64,000 nucleotides of DNA from an uncultured bacterium (lineage in GTDB: Bacteria; Patescibacteriota; Minisyncoccia; UBA6257; 2-01-FULL-56-20). The DNA lies in contig OY970354.1 in the NCBI GenBank assembly GCA_963718515.1, positions 438,808 through 502,807 of the forward strand. The letters run 5' to 3'. A program made the translations under genes and the position numbers. A model generated the notes under the pieces. It had not been told where the DNA came from, made no database searches, and saw only the letters and a program-made list of their open reading frames with translations. Positions within the stretch are counted from its first letter, which is position 1, and each line of letters starts with the position of its first letter. Below are positions 18,865-30,862 of this stretch, piece after piece.

Positions 18865-19533
18865 ATGTTCGAAAAATCCAGGGAAGTTGTTGCGGATCCG
18901 GAAAAAATTGCACGGTGGAATAGCGTGCTTGCGGATGTAGAACAATTGAAAGATAAGTTGGGGAAAGGTGTCGATGAGAACATAAAGGAATCCGTCGCCA
19001 GTTTTTTGGTGAATGAGCTTCCTACAAGCCAATCCTGTGGGGGTCATCTTGAAAGGCGTTTTGGAAAAATGCGAAAGATTGCCCCGTATATCGGAGTAGC
19101 GCTGAAAGAACCGAAAGAGCGTTTTGTTGCCGAGGCGCAGATAAAAAAAGAGATTGCGGACCGATTCACCACCGCATCCGGCGATAGTAAAGAGAATGAA
19201 GATGCAGAGAAGGCTTATTGGGATTATATTTCAGCACATCACATACAAGAAACTCCTGAATACCAAAAAGTGCGTGCGAAAAATGAGGAGCTAAGGAAGA
19301 AAGTAGCCGAGTTGATCGCCGAGTTCTATAGCCGAAGAACTTCGGAAGAAGCAAGATTGCTTCGTATCGTCGACGTGGGTCCATCAGGAGGTTTCAGGGT
19401 TGGGGCTGCGCAGGGGCGTGTCGGCGAAATTTCCGAACAAGATCTAGAAAAATATCGATCGGATCTATTAAAGGAACAGGCGGAGAGGATGGCACTTACA
19501 GCGTTTTTAAAAAGTAAATTCTTTGAAAAATAA
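18865..19533 (+). CDS. hypothetical protein
   Basis: 222 aa charged, helical ORF with codon usage like its neighbours. No family was recognised. Confidence 0.55.
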   Translation: MFEKSREVVADPEKIARWNSVLADVEQLKDKLGKGVDENIKESVASFLVNELPTSQSCGGHLERRFGKMRKIAPYIGVALKEPKERFVAEAQIKKEIADRFTTASGDSKENEDAEKAYWDYISAHHIQETPEYQKVRAKNEELRKKVAELIAEFYSRRTSEEARLLRIVDVGPSGGFRVGAAQGRVGEISEQDLEKYRSDLLKEQAERMALTAFLKSKFFEK

Positions 19534-19545
19534 CTATATTTTCCC

Positions 19546-20181
19546 ATGCGGCGATTTCCCGTTTCCCAATTCAAAGATTTTCCAAAAGAATTTGTAATTT
19601 TGAAAAAACTGCGCACACCGGCGCGGATCCAGGATTTTTTAAACGCGATACCGTTCAATTTTGAGGAAGGCGGGGAAACGTATCGCTCGCCGTCGCGCGC
19701 GCTCGCGGCAAAAAAAGCGCATTGCATGGAGGGCGCGCTCATCGCCGCCGCGGCGCTGTGGCTCCACGGCCGTCCGCCGCTCATCATGGATCTGAGGACG
19801 ACGGACCGCGACGTTGATCACGTTGTTGCGCTCTTCAAAGACGGGAATCGCTGGGGTGCGATCAGCAAGACCAATCATGCCGTGTTGCGCTATCGCGACG
19901 CGGTGTACCGCGACCCCCGCGAGATCGCGATGTCTTATTTTAATGAATATTTCTTGAATGATGGCGTGAAAACGTTTTACAGCTACTCGCGGCCGTTTGA
20001 TCTTTCGCGGTGCGGTGATGGATGGCTCACGAGTGGCAAACAACTTGTTGATATCGCACTTGCGCTCGATGAATCGCCCCACGTTGAGATAATAAAAAAA
20101 GGCGCTATGAAGCGGCGCCTGCGTCGGGCCGATCCGGTGGAGATAAAAGCGGGAAAGATCGTGGAAGAGAAACGAACATAG
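19546..20181 (+). CDS. transglutaminase-like putative cysteine peptidase fold protein
   Basis: 211 aa with a candidate Cys-His-Asp arrangement (KKAHCMEGALIAA ... VDHVVALFKD ... YRD). The opposite-strand ORF 19639-20235 is an Arg-rich shadow ORF. Confidence 0.55.
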   Translation: MRRFPVSQFKDFPKEFVILKKLRTPARIQDFLNAIPFNFEEGGETYRSPSRALAAKKAHCMEGALIAAAALWLHGRPPLIMDLRTTDRDVDHVVALFKDGNRWGAISKTNHAVLRYRDAVYRDPREIAMSYFNEYFLNDGVKTFYSYSRPFDLSRCGDGWLTSGKQLVDIALALDESPHVEIIKKGAMKRRLRRADPVEIKAGKIVEEKRT

Positions 20182-20311
20182 GTATCTTTTACCAAAATAG
20201 GGCGGGGGAGGCCAGTGGCGGCGTACCGGCCTCAACCCCTATTCATCCACATGATTCCGCTCCCCCCCGGTGACGGATTCATTTAGATGCCTGCCTAGAG
20301 GATACTATACT

Positions 20312-20917
20312 TTAATTCCTCCTTTCAAGTGCCGACCCGAGCGTTTCGTCGTCCGCGAATTCGATCTCGCCGCCGGTCGGCAGGCCGCGACCCAGCCGGC
20401 TCATTTTCTTGGCGAGCGGTGCGAGCTCTTTCAATAATAATGATGACTGAAAATCCCCAAGCGTGGTGGGGTTGAACGCGACGATGATCTCGTCCGCCGC
20501 ACCGCCGAGATCACTCTCGATATATTTTTTTAGACTTTGCAATCGTGTTTTTTGCCACGGCTCGAAAAATCCGGTTTTTGGGATCGGCCCGATGATAAAA
20601 TACCGGCCCGTGAACTTTTTGGTGTTTTCAAGCGAAAGATAATCCGTTTCCTTTTCGACGACCATGATGATGCGCTGGTTCCGCGCGGGGTTCGCGCACA
20701 CGTCACAGAGCACGCCCTCGTTCTGGTGGATGAAAAAGCATCGCTCGCAGATCTTTATCGAGCGGAGCGCGTCGATGCTTTGCGCGAGCGTGCGAAGGTC
20801 CTCTTTGTTCTGTCCGATCAGATAGAACGCGAGCCGAACCGCCTGCCGCGGGCCGATGGATGGCAGTTCAGCGAGCGCGTCCACCACCTTTTGAACAGGG
20901 TCCGGGAGTTTCATCAT
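20312..20917 (-). CDS. recR: recombination protein RecR
   Basis: 201 aa with an HhH (LPSIGPRQAVRLAFYL), a C4 zinc finger (CERCFFIHQNEGVLCDVC) and a Toprim domain. Confidence 0.95.
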   Translation of the reverse strand: MMKLPDPVQKVVDALAELPSIGPRQAVRLAFYLIGQNKEDLRTLAQSIDALRSIKICERCFFIHQNEGVLCDVCANPARNQRIIMVVEKETDYLSLENTKKFTGRYFIIGPIPKTGFFEPWQKTRLQSLKKYIESDLGGAADEIIVAFNPTTLGDFQSSLLLKELAPLAKKMSRLGRGLPTGGEIEFADDETLGSALERRN

Positions 20918-22280
20918 AACGCCGGCAACTCTTCGTATCTCTTCTCTATCGTCTTGAAGCTCGCGCGTTCGGCATCAAAGAAGAAGTCCATGTCTTTCAG
21001 CGCTCCGTTGCGGTGCTTGGCGATGCGCAAGTGCACCGTGTTGTCGGCGGACGATGCGGTGTCGTTCGGATTCCGCTCGTCGCGGTATAGGAACATGACG
21101 ACATCCGCATCCTGTTCAATGGAGCCGGAGTCTCGAAGGTCGGAGAGCCGCGGGATCTTGTGATCGCGCTGTTCGAGCCCGCGCGAAAGCTGTGAGAGCG
21201 CAAGCACCGGCACCTTTAAGTTCGCGGGCAAGCGCCTTGAGGCCGCGCGAGATCTCGGTGATCATATTCACCATGTTATCGCTGTTTGTGCGCGGGCGGA
21301 TGAGTTGCAGGTAGTCGATGACGAGGAGATCGAGGCCATGCTCAACTTGCAGTCGTCGCGCCATCGAGCGCATCTGGAGGACGTTGAGTGACGGCGAATC
21401 ATCGATAAAGAGCTTGACCCCCGAAAGATGGTCCAGCGCGTCTTGGATCATGGAGAATTCGCTGTCGTTCTTGATGCGGCCGGTGAGGATGTTCCAGAGC
21501 GGCACGTGCGATTCTGCGGCGATGATGCGATCCTGGAGCGATTCACGCGACATCTCAAGCGAGAAGATGCCGACGCTGAATCCCGCTTTCCCGGCGTTCC
21601 GGGCGATGTCGAGCGCAAGCGATGTCTTGCCGACCGATGGCCGCGCCCCGAGGATGATCAGCTCGGATTTGTGCAATCCCGAGAGTGTCTCGTCGAGCAA
21701 GGGGAATCCGGTCGGCACGCCGCGTAATTTTCCGCCGCCAGCGTGGAGTTGTGCGATGCGTTCGTACGCGCTCGTGAGATCGTCTTTCAGCGACACAAAA
21801 TTTTGCGGCATCGATTTCTGCGAGATCGAAAGGATCTTCTGCTCCACGTCATCAAGAAGATCTTCCACTTCGCCGCCGTTCGCAAAAACATTTTCGGCGA
21901 TCTCCGCCGAGGCTTTAATGAGGTCGCGCAGGACCTTTTTTTCCTTTACGATCGTCGCATAGTGATGCCACGTGCGATGCGCTCGAGACCTGATTGGTGA
22001 GCTCGGCAAGATACGCCGATCCACCGACCTCTTTGAGGGTCTCGCGCTCTTTAAGATAATTGGTAAGGCTAAGCACATCGATCGGCTGGTGCTTTTCGTA
22101 TAAGGAAAGGATCGCTTCATAGATGCGCTCGTGCTGGGGAAGGTAAAAATCATCCGGCACCAAAAGATCCGATACGCGGAATATCGCGTTCTTATCGATG
22201 AGGACGGAGCCCAGCACCGCCTGTTCCGCTTCCAGGTTCTGGGGCGGAATTTTTAATTGTGATTTTTTATTTACCGCCAT
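20914..22280 (-). CDS. dnaB: replicative DNA helicase DnaB, two frameshifts (~21995 and ~21225)
   Basis: The N-terminus is IPPQNLEAEQAVLGSVL. The core has Walker A GARPSVGKTSLAL and VIDYLQLI, and the C-terminus has ELKVPVLALSQLSRGLEQR...SGSIEQDADVVMFLYRDE. The ~21225 break is an extra G (AAAGGTGCC where AAAGTGCC is expected). Confidence 0.9.
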
Positions 22281-22295
22281 GGTTCTTGCAAAAGT

Positions 22296-23720
22296 TTAAA
22301 AAAATCTTTTTTTAACAATAGACCCCTCCTTGGAATCCCTTACAGAGTATCCTAATGCTTCTATCTCTTTTCGCAAAGCGTCGGACTGGACAAACTGTTT
22401 ATTACTCCGGAGTTCGTTATACACCCTCATTTTTTCAGCTATTCCCTCGTCATTTTCGTGGATTCCCTGGCTCTGCATCGCGGTCGTGAGGCCGAGACCG
22501 AGGACAGTATCAAAACGCTTGACGAGATCCAGCGTTTTTGCGCGGTCGCCATTATCAGCCAGCATTTCATGGAGTATGGCAAGAGCCTGTGATGTATTAA
22601 GGTCGTCGCTTATCGCCTCCTTAAATAGCCGTTCATATGCTTCCGGCGATTTTTTGTGTCCGCCGCCATCCGCCTCGTGCGCCGCACGTTCATAAAGTTC
22701 ATTGATCGTTCCGTAAAGATTCTCTATCCCATTTTTTGCGGCATCCAAACTTTCCCAGGTAAAGTTGAGCGGTGTCCGGTAGTGCACCCCGAGCGCGAGA
22801 TAGCGATAGACGAGGGGATGGTATCCTTTTTGTTCCAGATTCTCGAGCGTAAGGAAGTTCCCTTCCGACTTTGCCATCTTTCCGTTCTCCATAAGCAGAT
22901 GTTCGCCGTGCACCCAGATATGCGCGAGGGGAACATCATACGCCGCCTCCGATTGCGCGATCTCATTTGTGTGGTGTGTGCCGATGTGGTCGACGCCGCC
23001 CGTATGGATATCGAACGGCTGGCCGAGAAAATGGCGCGAGATCGCGGAGCACTCGATATGCCATCCGGGAAATCCTTCTCCCCACGGCGATGGCCAGTGG
23101 AGCAAATGTTCTTTGAACTTTCCGTGGAGTTTGAACCACAGCGAAAAATCCGCGGGGTTGCGTTTCTTGTCGTCCACGACGACCTCTTCCCGCGCGCCGG
23201 TCATCTTTTCCGCGAGCGATTGTCCGGACAATGCGCCATAGTCTTTGAACTTGCTCACGTCAAAATACACAGCAGCCGGTGTATCATATGCGAATCCTTT
23301 TTCAAAAAGTGTTTGGATGACGGCGACTTGTTCGCGGACATAGTGGCTCGCGGGCGCAATGATGTCCGGCTTTATGATATTCAGCTTTGCGATGTCGGCA
23401 AAGAACGCATCGGTATAGAATTGGGCTATCTCTTGCACTGATTTTTTCTGCGTCTGTGCGGCGAGATCCAGCTTATCCTCGCCAGCATCCGTGTCGCCGG
23501 TCATGTGGCCGACGTCCGTGATGTTCATCACCCGCCTCACGGTATACCCGTCGTAGCGTAGGGTACGCTCCAAAATATCCTCAAAAATATAGGTCCGCAG
23601 ATTCCCGATGTGCGCGAAGTTATAGACGGTGGGGCCGCAGGTATACAGGCCGACCCAGTCGCGATGGATGGGCTTTAACTCCTCTTTTTTTCGCGAGAGC
23701 GTGTTATAGAGCGTGACCAT
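22296..23720 (-). CDS. cysS: cysteine--tRNA ligase
   Basis: 474 aa, intact. It has the HIGH motif (NFAHIGNLR) and KMSKS (KMAKSEGN), and is class I Cys-specific (HIECSAI). Confidence 0.95.
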   Translation of the reverse strand: MVTLYNTLSRKKEELKPIHRDWVGLYTCGPTVYNFAHIGNLRTYIFEDILERTLRYDGYTVRRVMNITDVGHMTGDTDAGEDKLDLAAQTQKKSVQEIAQFYTDAFFADIAKLNIIKPDIIAPASHYVREQVAVIQTLFEKGFAYDTPAAVYFDVSKFKDYGALSGQSLAEKMTGAREEVVVDDKKRNPADFSLWFKLHGKFKEHLLHWPSPWGEGFPGWHIECSAISRHFLGQPFDIHTGGVDHIGTHHTNEIAQSEAAYDVPLAHIWVHGEHLLMENGKMAKSEGNFLTLENLEQKGYHPLVYRYLALGVHYRTPLNFTWESLDAAKNGIENLYGTINELYERAAHEADGGGHKKSPEAYERLFKEAISDDLNTSQALAILHEMLADNGDRAKTLDLVKRFDTVLGLGLTTAMQSQGIHENDEGIAEKMRVYNELRSNKQFVQSDALRKEIEALGYSVRDSKEGSIVKKRFF

Positions 23721-23723
23721 GAT

Positions 23724-24605
23724 CTAGAACCACCCCTTTCGTTTAAAGTAGGCGGTCATCCCGATCATGCCGAGCACCATGATGCCGACGACGATCCAGA
23801 ACGCGTAGGGCAGATCGATGATCGGTGTGTCGCGCGTGTTCATGCTGAAGAGCGCCGCGATGAGCAGGAAGGGAAATGTGAGGAACGAGAGCGAGGTAAA
23901 TGTTTTCATCACGCTGTTGATTTTGAGGTTCATCAGCTGGTTGTTGGTGTCCTCAAAATCCCTGATCGCCTCGCGATAATCTTCAAGTTGATTCACCACT
24001 TTCATTTGACTACCGATGAGATCGTTCAAATACACTTCGGCGTCACCTCCCCAAAACTTTTTTCCTTTTGCGAGCAAGGAACGGAATATCGGTCCCTGAA
24101 GCCGCACGACGATGCGATATTCGGAAACGTCGCGCTTCAAATAAGTGATCTGTTCCAACACCTCTTTTTCTTTGTCTTTGAATATTTGTTTGCCGACGGC
24201 TTCCACTTTCTCGCGGATGTGGCGCAGTTCCCGTTCCTCAAAGTTAATGATGTGCTCGACGAGCGTGTACATGACTGCGAGCGAAGAGTCTGCTTTTGAT
24301 ATATCCAATCCACTCATCACTTCTTTGAGACTGTCGTAGTGCACAGTGATAACGCTGTCCTTCGTAATAACAAAGTCGATTTCCGTCCGCGTTGATGCCT
24401 CGTCTTCGGGATCGTAGAGAGGGAAGTAGTAAATGAAATAAAGATAATCCTTGTATGATTCGACCCGTTCACGTGCCGACGGCCGGCGCAACTCGTCGAT
24501 GATCACCGGATGGATGCCGTACTCTTTGGAAAGCCATGCCAGTTCCTTTTCCGACGGCTTGTCGATATCGATCCACTGGACATTCTTTCCCTTCTTTATT
24601 TCCAT
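23724..24605 (-). CDS. corA: CorA-family divalent cation transporter (variant pore motif FSMNT)
   Basis: 293 aa with the CorA cytoplasmic domain and two C-terminal TM helices. SMN replaces the canonical GMN. TGCTAAAAT lies 6 nt upstream of the ATG. Confidence 0.8.
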   Translation of the reverse strand: MEIKKGKNVQWIDIDKPSEKELAWLSKEYGIHPVIIDELRRPSARERVESYKDYLYFIYYFPLYDPEDEASTRTEIDFVITKDSVITVHYDSLKEVMSGLDISKADSSLAVMYTLVEHIINFEERELRHIREKVEAVGKQIFKDKEKEVLEQITYLKRDVSEYRIVVRLQGPIFRSLLAKGKKFWGGDAEVYLNDLIGSQMKVVNQLEDYREAIRDFEDTNNQLMNLKINSVMKTFTSLSFLTFPFLLIAALFSMNTRDTPIIDLPYAFWIVVGIMVLGMIGMTAYFKRKGWF

Positions 24606-24637
24606 ATGCTTATTTTAGCATAAAGAAAAACCATATT

Positions 24638-24724
24638 CCGTCTCTGATGCCCATGCTGGCTGTTCTCGCGGAGTCGCGAGCGTTGGCGGTCGCCGAGAAC
24701 AGCCAGCATGGGCATCAGAGACGG
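24638..24724. repeat. 87 nt perfect hairpin element (31 bp arms, 25 nt loop)
   Basis: CCGTCTCTGATGCCCATGCTGGCTGTTCTCG (24638-24668) is the exact reverse complement of 24694-24724. An A-run lies to the left and a T-run to the right. It sits in a divergent intergenic region. Confidence 0.9.
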
Positions 24725-24790
24725 GACTTCCCATTTTTTATGGTTATGGTATAATGATTAAAGGTAGTAAATTCCTCCGGAGGAAATACA

Positions 24791-25132
24791 GTGAAAGAAG
24801 AAGCAAACGCTTCATTTCAGGCGGGACGGGAAGCATACTCTTCCGGCCAAATCGATTGGGCTCGAACCAAAACCGACGGTGCGTATTTGGCGGGAGTGTC
24901 CGCATTCATCGCGAGCACTCAGGATCACGTTCGCAGTAAGGTCGAACCTCCCTTCGTAATGCAGGCGTTCGACCTTGGATCGGAGTCAGAAGAAGACTCT
25001 GATTTCAAGTTCATGCAGCTCCAGGCGTTGAATAGCTCAGAGCTTGAGCGGGCGCCTTCTGCTGTGTGGCCATTTAGCCGCTCCCATTCGGTTCAGCCGA
25101 TTCGGGAGATTTACTTCAATGCTCTTTGCTGA
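24791..25132 (+). CDS. hypothetical protein (GTG start)
   Basis: 113 aa with GGAGG 7 nt upstream of the GTG and TGGTATAAT at 24747-24755. No family was recognised. Confidence 0.5.
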   Translation: MKEEANASFQAGREAYSSGQIDWARTKTDGAYLAGVSAFIASTQDHVRSKVEPPFVMQAFDLGSESEEDSDFKFMQLQALNSSELERAPSAVWPFSRSHSVQPIREIYFNALC

Positions 25133-25154
25133 TACCCCCCACAGCCACACACCC

Positions 25155-25184
25155 GCGGCCGAGTCCCCCCACTCGGCCGCTTTT
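25155..25184 (+). terminator. rho-independent terminator
   Basis: GCGGCCGAGT-cccccc-ACTCGGCCGC followed by TTTT. Confidence 0.7.
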
Positions 25185-25215
25185 CTTTCTGTTATTTTTA
25201 ATAACACGTGGCTAC

Positions 25216-25240
25216 TGGCAATCTCTTGACTTGATTGCCA
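25216..25240. promoter_or_regulatory. CIRCE-like inverted repeat operator TGGCAATC-N9-GATTGCCA
   Basis: A perfect 8 bp inverted repeat with a 9 nt spacer overlaps the -35 box of the hrcA promoter. The geometry matches canonical CIRCE (TTAGCACTC-N9-GAGTGCTAA), but the half-site sequence differs. Confidence 0.55.
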
Positions 25241-25253
25241 ACGGCGATATAAT
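25226..25253 (+). promoter_or_regulatory. hrcA operon promoter (TTGACT-16-TATAAT)
   Basis: TTGACT at 25226-25231 and TATAAT at 25248-25253. The hrcA ATG at 25263 is 9 nt downstream. Confidence 0.6.
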
Positions 25254-25262
25254 TACCAAGCG

Positions 25263-25946
25263 ATGACCGATAGAACTGCAAACATCCTGGAGGCAGTCAT
25301 CCATGAATTCATAGAAAAGGGCGAGCCGGTGAGCTCGGGGTTTCTTTATGATCATTACGAATTCGGCATCAAGCCGGCGATGATCCGCCTTGAGCTTGAT
25401 GAGCTTGAAGAGCAGGGATATTTGGAACAGCCCCACCATTCGGCGGGGCGTGTGCCGACCAATCGCGGCTATGAATTTTTTGCCGAGCGGATGCTTGGAA
25501 CAAAAACGTCCGCCACGACTGCCGTTGCGGCGGCCAAGCAGAATAATTTTCACGATTTGTTTGCCGAGCGTGCATGGCCTGACCTGCTCAATGAACTTTC
25601 CGCCCAGCTCGGCGTACTATCCGTCGCCGCTGACATGGCGCGCGATGCGGTCTATAAAACCGGGCTCGAGCAATTGATCGACCAGTTGGATTGGCGCGAT
25701 CAGAACGGCATCCGTTCGGTCATCCACGATTTCAAAGAAGTTGATGAGCGCGCGGCAAGCGCCGGAGAAAAAATGGGCGCCGGTCCAAAGATCTTCATTG
25801 GCAAGAAGAGTCCCGTCACGAGGAGCGAGAGCTTGTCCGTCGTCGGAGGCAATTATGATGTGGGTGACGCGACCGTCTCGATCTTTGTGATAGGACCCAA
25901 ACGGATGGATTATAAAAAGGTCATACACATATTTAGAAGTTTATAA
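25263..25946 (+). CDS. hrcA: heat-inducible transcription repressor HrcA (short, 227 aa)
   Basis: Winged-helix N-terminus RTANILEAVIHEFIEKGEPVSSGFL...GIKPAMIRLELDELEEQGYLEQPHHSAGRVPT. It is the first gene of the grpE-dnaK-dnaJ cluster. Confidence 0.85.
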   Translation: MTDRTANILEAVIHEFIEKGEPVSSGFLYDHYEFGIKPAMIRLELDELEEQGYLEQPHHSAGRVPTNRGYEFFAERMLGTKTSATTAVAAAKQNNFHDLFAERAWPDLLNELSAQLGVLSVAADMARDAVYKTGLEQLIDQLDWRDQNGIRSVIHDFKEVDERAASAGEKMGAGPKIFIGKKSPVTRSESLSVVGGNYDVGDATVSIFVIGPKRMDYKKVIHIFRSL

Positions 25947-25948
25947 TT

Positions 25949-26443
25949 ATGGACGAAGAAAATAAATTACCAGAGCCGACGATCGATGAGTTGAAGGAGC
26001 AGTTGGATGAAGCGATCGCACATCGCGACGAATATCTGGGTGGATGGCAGCGCGTGAAAGCAGACTTCATCAATTATAAAAAAGAGGAGATGAAGCGTTT
26101 GGAAGAGATCGCGCGATATGGGAGCGCGGACATGATAAAAGACCTCATCTCCGTACTCGATAACTTTGACCTTGCCCTGCGGACGCTCGAGAAAGCCGGG
26201 CCGGTGGAGAAAGGGATATACCTCATTCGGTCACAGATAGAGGATATTCTCAAGAAGCGTGGACTCGAGAAGGTGAGCGTAAACGTGGGAGATGAATTCG
26301 ACCCCGCGATCGCGGAAGCCATGGCGGAGGTGCCGTCGGACCGACCGCCAGGGACGATCGTCGAGCAAGTCGAGCCGGGCTATCGCCTGCACGAGAAGTT
26401 GCTCAGGCCGGCGCGGGTGATCCTCAGTAAAGGAAACGGATAA
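25949..26443 (+). CDS. grpE: nucleotide exchange factor GrpE
   Basis: 164 aa with YLGGWQRVKADFINYKKE...VLDNFDLAL...FDPAIAEAMAEVP...GYRLHEKLLRPARV. Confidence 0.95.
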   Translation: MDEENKLPEPTIDELKEQLDEAIAHRDEYLGGWQRVKADFINYKKEEMKRLEEIARYGSADMIKDLISVLDNFDLALRTLEKAGPVEKGIYLIRSQIEDILKKRGLEKVSVNVGDEFDPAIAEAMAEVPSDRPPGTIVEQVEPGYRLHEKLLRPARVILSKGNG

Positions 26444-26477
26444 ATTTCGAAAATTAAAATATAATTAAAACAAAACT

Positions 26478-28373
<1,896 letters not shown>

Positions 28374-29335
28374 GCTAAACACCGCGGAGCGGCCAGCGGG
28401 GTTTTGGAAGTCCCTGTGCCTCGATGTTGTCTCGGTGCTTTCCGCAGCGGGGTTTGGGTATGCCTATTACCGCTATCTTACACAAGGATTGTCGGTATGG
28501 GTCGTGATCGGCACGCTCATGTTCTTTGGTGTCATGTCGGTCCTCCAAGTATTCCTTGCAAAGAAGAATTTGCGCGCAACACTCGTAATTTTTTTGGAAG
28601 TGGTGGTATTACTTTGTTTCTTCTGGCAGGATAATTTCCAGATCCTTGGCATCACCGCGCTCATCATGCTTGTTATGCTCATATGGGGATATCTTTCCGG
28701 GCGCGAACGCGTGCGCAATAGCCTTGAGATACCGTTTTTCTCGGCCAGTGGCAACGCGCTTGGCAAATTCACGACCGCCGCATTGCTCTTTATGATCCTC
28801 ATCTATGTGCCGCAGATCGGCGGCAACGCGCTCGTGATCTCCCAGCAGAGCTTTCGCACATTTTTTGACTGGACGTCGGGATTGGTAAACGGATTTTATC
28901 CCGAATTGTCGTTCACCGGCTCCTTCGGGAATTTTGCCGAGAGCTTTTCCAAGATGGAATTGCAGAACAATCCGAGCTTCCAAAATTTGAGCACGGCCGA
29001 GCAGAATGTTGCGATCCAGCAGGGAGCCACGCAGTTCACCCAAAACTTTCTTCAGAGCTCGGCGGTACCTGTCGCCACCTCTTCGCCCACGAGCGACGCG
29101 TTCTATAACGTATTGAACGGCGTGCTCGGCGCGTGGCAGAGCGAGTCGTCCGGTTGGTTCGACGTCGGATGGGCAACGGTGCTCTTCATCGGCTTGCGCA
29201 CAGTCGGCATTCTCTTTGTCTGGCTTGCGCAATTCGTCTCACTCATCTTTTATGAAATATTGCTCGCGTCGGGATTCATGACCGTGACTGAAGAGAACCG
29301 CACGCGCGAGGTCATCGGATATTAAGAATATTACT

Positions 29336-30430
29336 ATGAAAGACTATTATATAATTTTGGGCGTACAAAAATCTGCCTCCGAAGAGGAGATCAAAAAAGC
29401 ATATCGCAAACTTGCGCATCAATATCATCCGGACAAGGCCGGTGGCGATGAAAAGAAGTTCAAGGAGATCAATGAGGCATACCAGGTGCTTTCGGATAAA
29501 AACAAGCGCGCGCAGTATGACCGCTTTGGCACTGCCGATCCCGCCGGCGGTTTTGGCGGCGCCGGCGGATTTCCGGGGGGGGCGCAATGGGGCGGCGCTG
29601 GCGGTTTCGATCCTTCGCAGTTCGGGGACATGGGGGATTTCGGCGACATCTTCGAAAGTTTTTTTGAAGGGCTTGGCGTCCGGCCCCGCAGAAAGACGTA
29701 TGAGAAGGGCTCCGACCTGGAGATCCAGGAACAGATCACGCTCGAAGAGGCGTTCCGCGGCACGGTCAAGACGGTGCGGTTAAAGACCTTCGTCCATTGT
29801 GCAAAGTGTGCGGGCAAGGGCGCGGAACCGGGAAGCGGTTTTGAAAAATGTTCCACGTGCGATGGCCAGGGCGAGATCCGCGAACAGCGCCGGACGTTCT
29901 TTGGCAGCTTCTCGCAAGTGAAGATCTGCACCAAATGCCATGGCACAGGCGAGGTTCCCAAAAAACCCTGCACCACGTGCAAGGGCGCGGGACGCATTGA
30001 ATCGGATCGCGAGATCAAGATCGAGATCGTGGCGGGCATCGACGATAACCAGCTGATCAAAGTAAGCGGCATGGGCGAGGCCGGCGAGCGTGGCGCCGCC
30101 ACGGGCGATCTCTATGTGCGCGTGCGCGTAAAGCCGAGCGCGGTGTTTGCGCGGCACGGCGCCGATCTTGTGGTCACGCAGGAATTGAAGCTCATCGACG
30201 TTTTGCTCGGCAAAACGATCGAGGTGGCGGTCATCTCTGGCGGCAGGACCGTCGTTGAGATCCCCGCTGGTTTCAACTTAAAGGAACCTTTGCGCATCGT
30301 AGGCCAGGGCATGCCCCACATCGGTTCACGCGCCCGCGGCGATCTCTTGGTCAATTTTATGATCAAGGCGCCAAAGAAGCCGAGCGCTAAGGCAAAGGAT
30401 TTATTGGATAAGCTCGAGAGAGAGCAATAA
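29336..30430 (+). CDS. dnaJ: molecular chaperone DnaJ
   Basis: 364 aa with a J domain (DYYIILGV...HQYHPDK), a G/F region and four CxxCxGxG zinc motifs ([32 protein letters not shown]). Confidence 0.95.
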   Translation: MKDYYIILGVQKSASEEEIKKAYRKLAHQYHPDKAGGDEKKFKEINEAYQVLSDKNKRAQYDRFGTADPAGGFGGAGGFPGGAQWGGAGGFDPSQFGDMGDFGDIFESFFEGLGVRPRRKTYEKGSDLEIQEQITLEEAFRGTVKTVRLKTFVHCAKCAGKGAEPGSGFEKCSTCDGQGEIREQRRTFFGSFSQVKICTKCHGTGEVPKKPCTTCKGAGRIESDREIKIEIVAGIDDNQLIKVSGMGEAGERGAATGDLYVRVRVKPSAVFARHGADLVVTQELKLIDVLLGKTIEVAVISGGRTVVEIPAGFNLKEPLRIVGQGMPHIGSRARGDLLVNFMIKAPKKPSAKAKDLLDKLEREQ

Positions 30431-30437
30431 AGAAAAT

Positions 30438-30848
30438 ATGTCGAGCGGCGTTACTATTTCGACCGATAAGCGATCCGTCAAATCTGCTGAGGCGGCCGCG
30501 TTGTACGTTGAGCTCGGGTGGGGAACCACAAAGGAGTATTCTGTGGCACGGATGAAGCGCTCGCTTGCCCATTGTGATATCGTCGTTTCGGCCCGTAATG
30601 CCGCAGGTGAGCTCGTCGGCATCGGCCGCGCGCTTTCCGACTTTGCGATCGACACAAAGATACTCGATCTCGTCATCGCGCCAGAATATCAGCGGCATGG
30701 TCTCGGCCAGGCAATGATGAAGAAGATCGCATCGCAGGCATATGGCACCTCGATCTATTTCGAGACCGAGCGCAAAAACTTTGCGTTCGCAAAAAAATGC
30801 GGGTATGCCCGCCGCGACGGCCTTGCGGTTTTCGTCAAGAAAAAATAA
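30438..30848 (+). CDS. GNAT family N-acetyltransferase
   Basis: 136 aa with the acetyl-CoA binding motif VIAPEYQRHGLGQAMMKKI. Confidence 0.8.
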   Translation: MSSGVTISTDKRSVKSAEAAALYVELGWGTTKEYSVARMKRSLAHCDIVVSARNAAGELVGIGRALSDFAIDTKILDLVIAPEYQRHGLGQAMMKKIASQAYGTSIYFETERKNFAFAKKCGYARRDGLAVFVKKK

Positions 30849-30862
30849 GATTAGCGGTGATT

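Noticed and set aside
24536-24754. 72 aa ORF spanning the 87 nt palindrome.
   Set aside because: The ORF is created by the inverted repeat itself, which gives a mirror-like peptide. It has no RBS and overlaps the corA start region.
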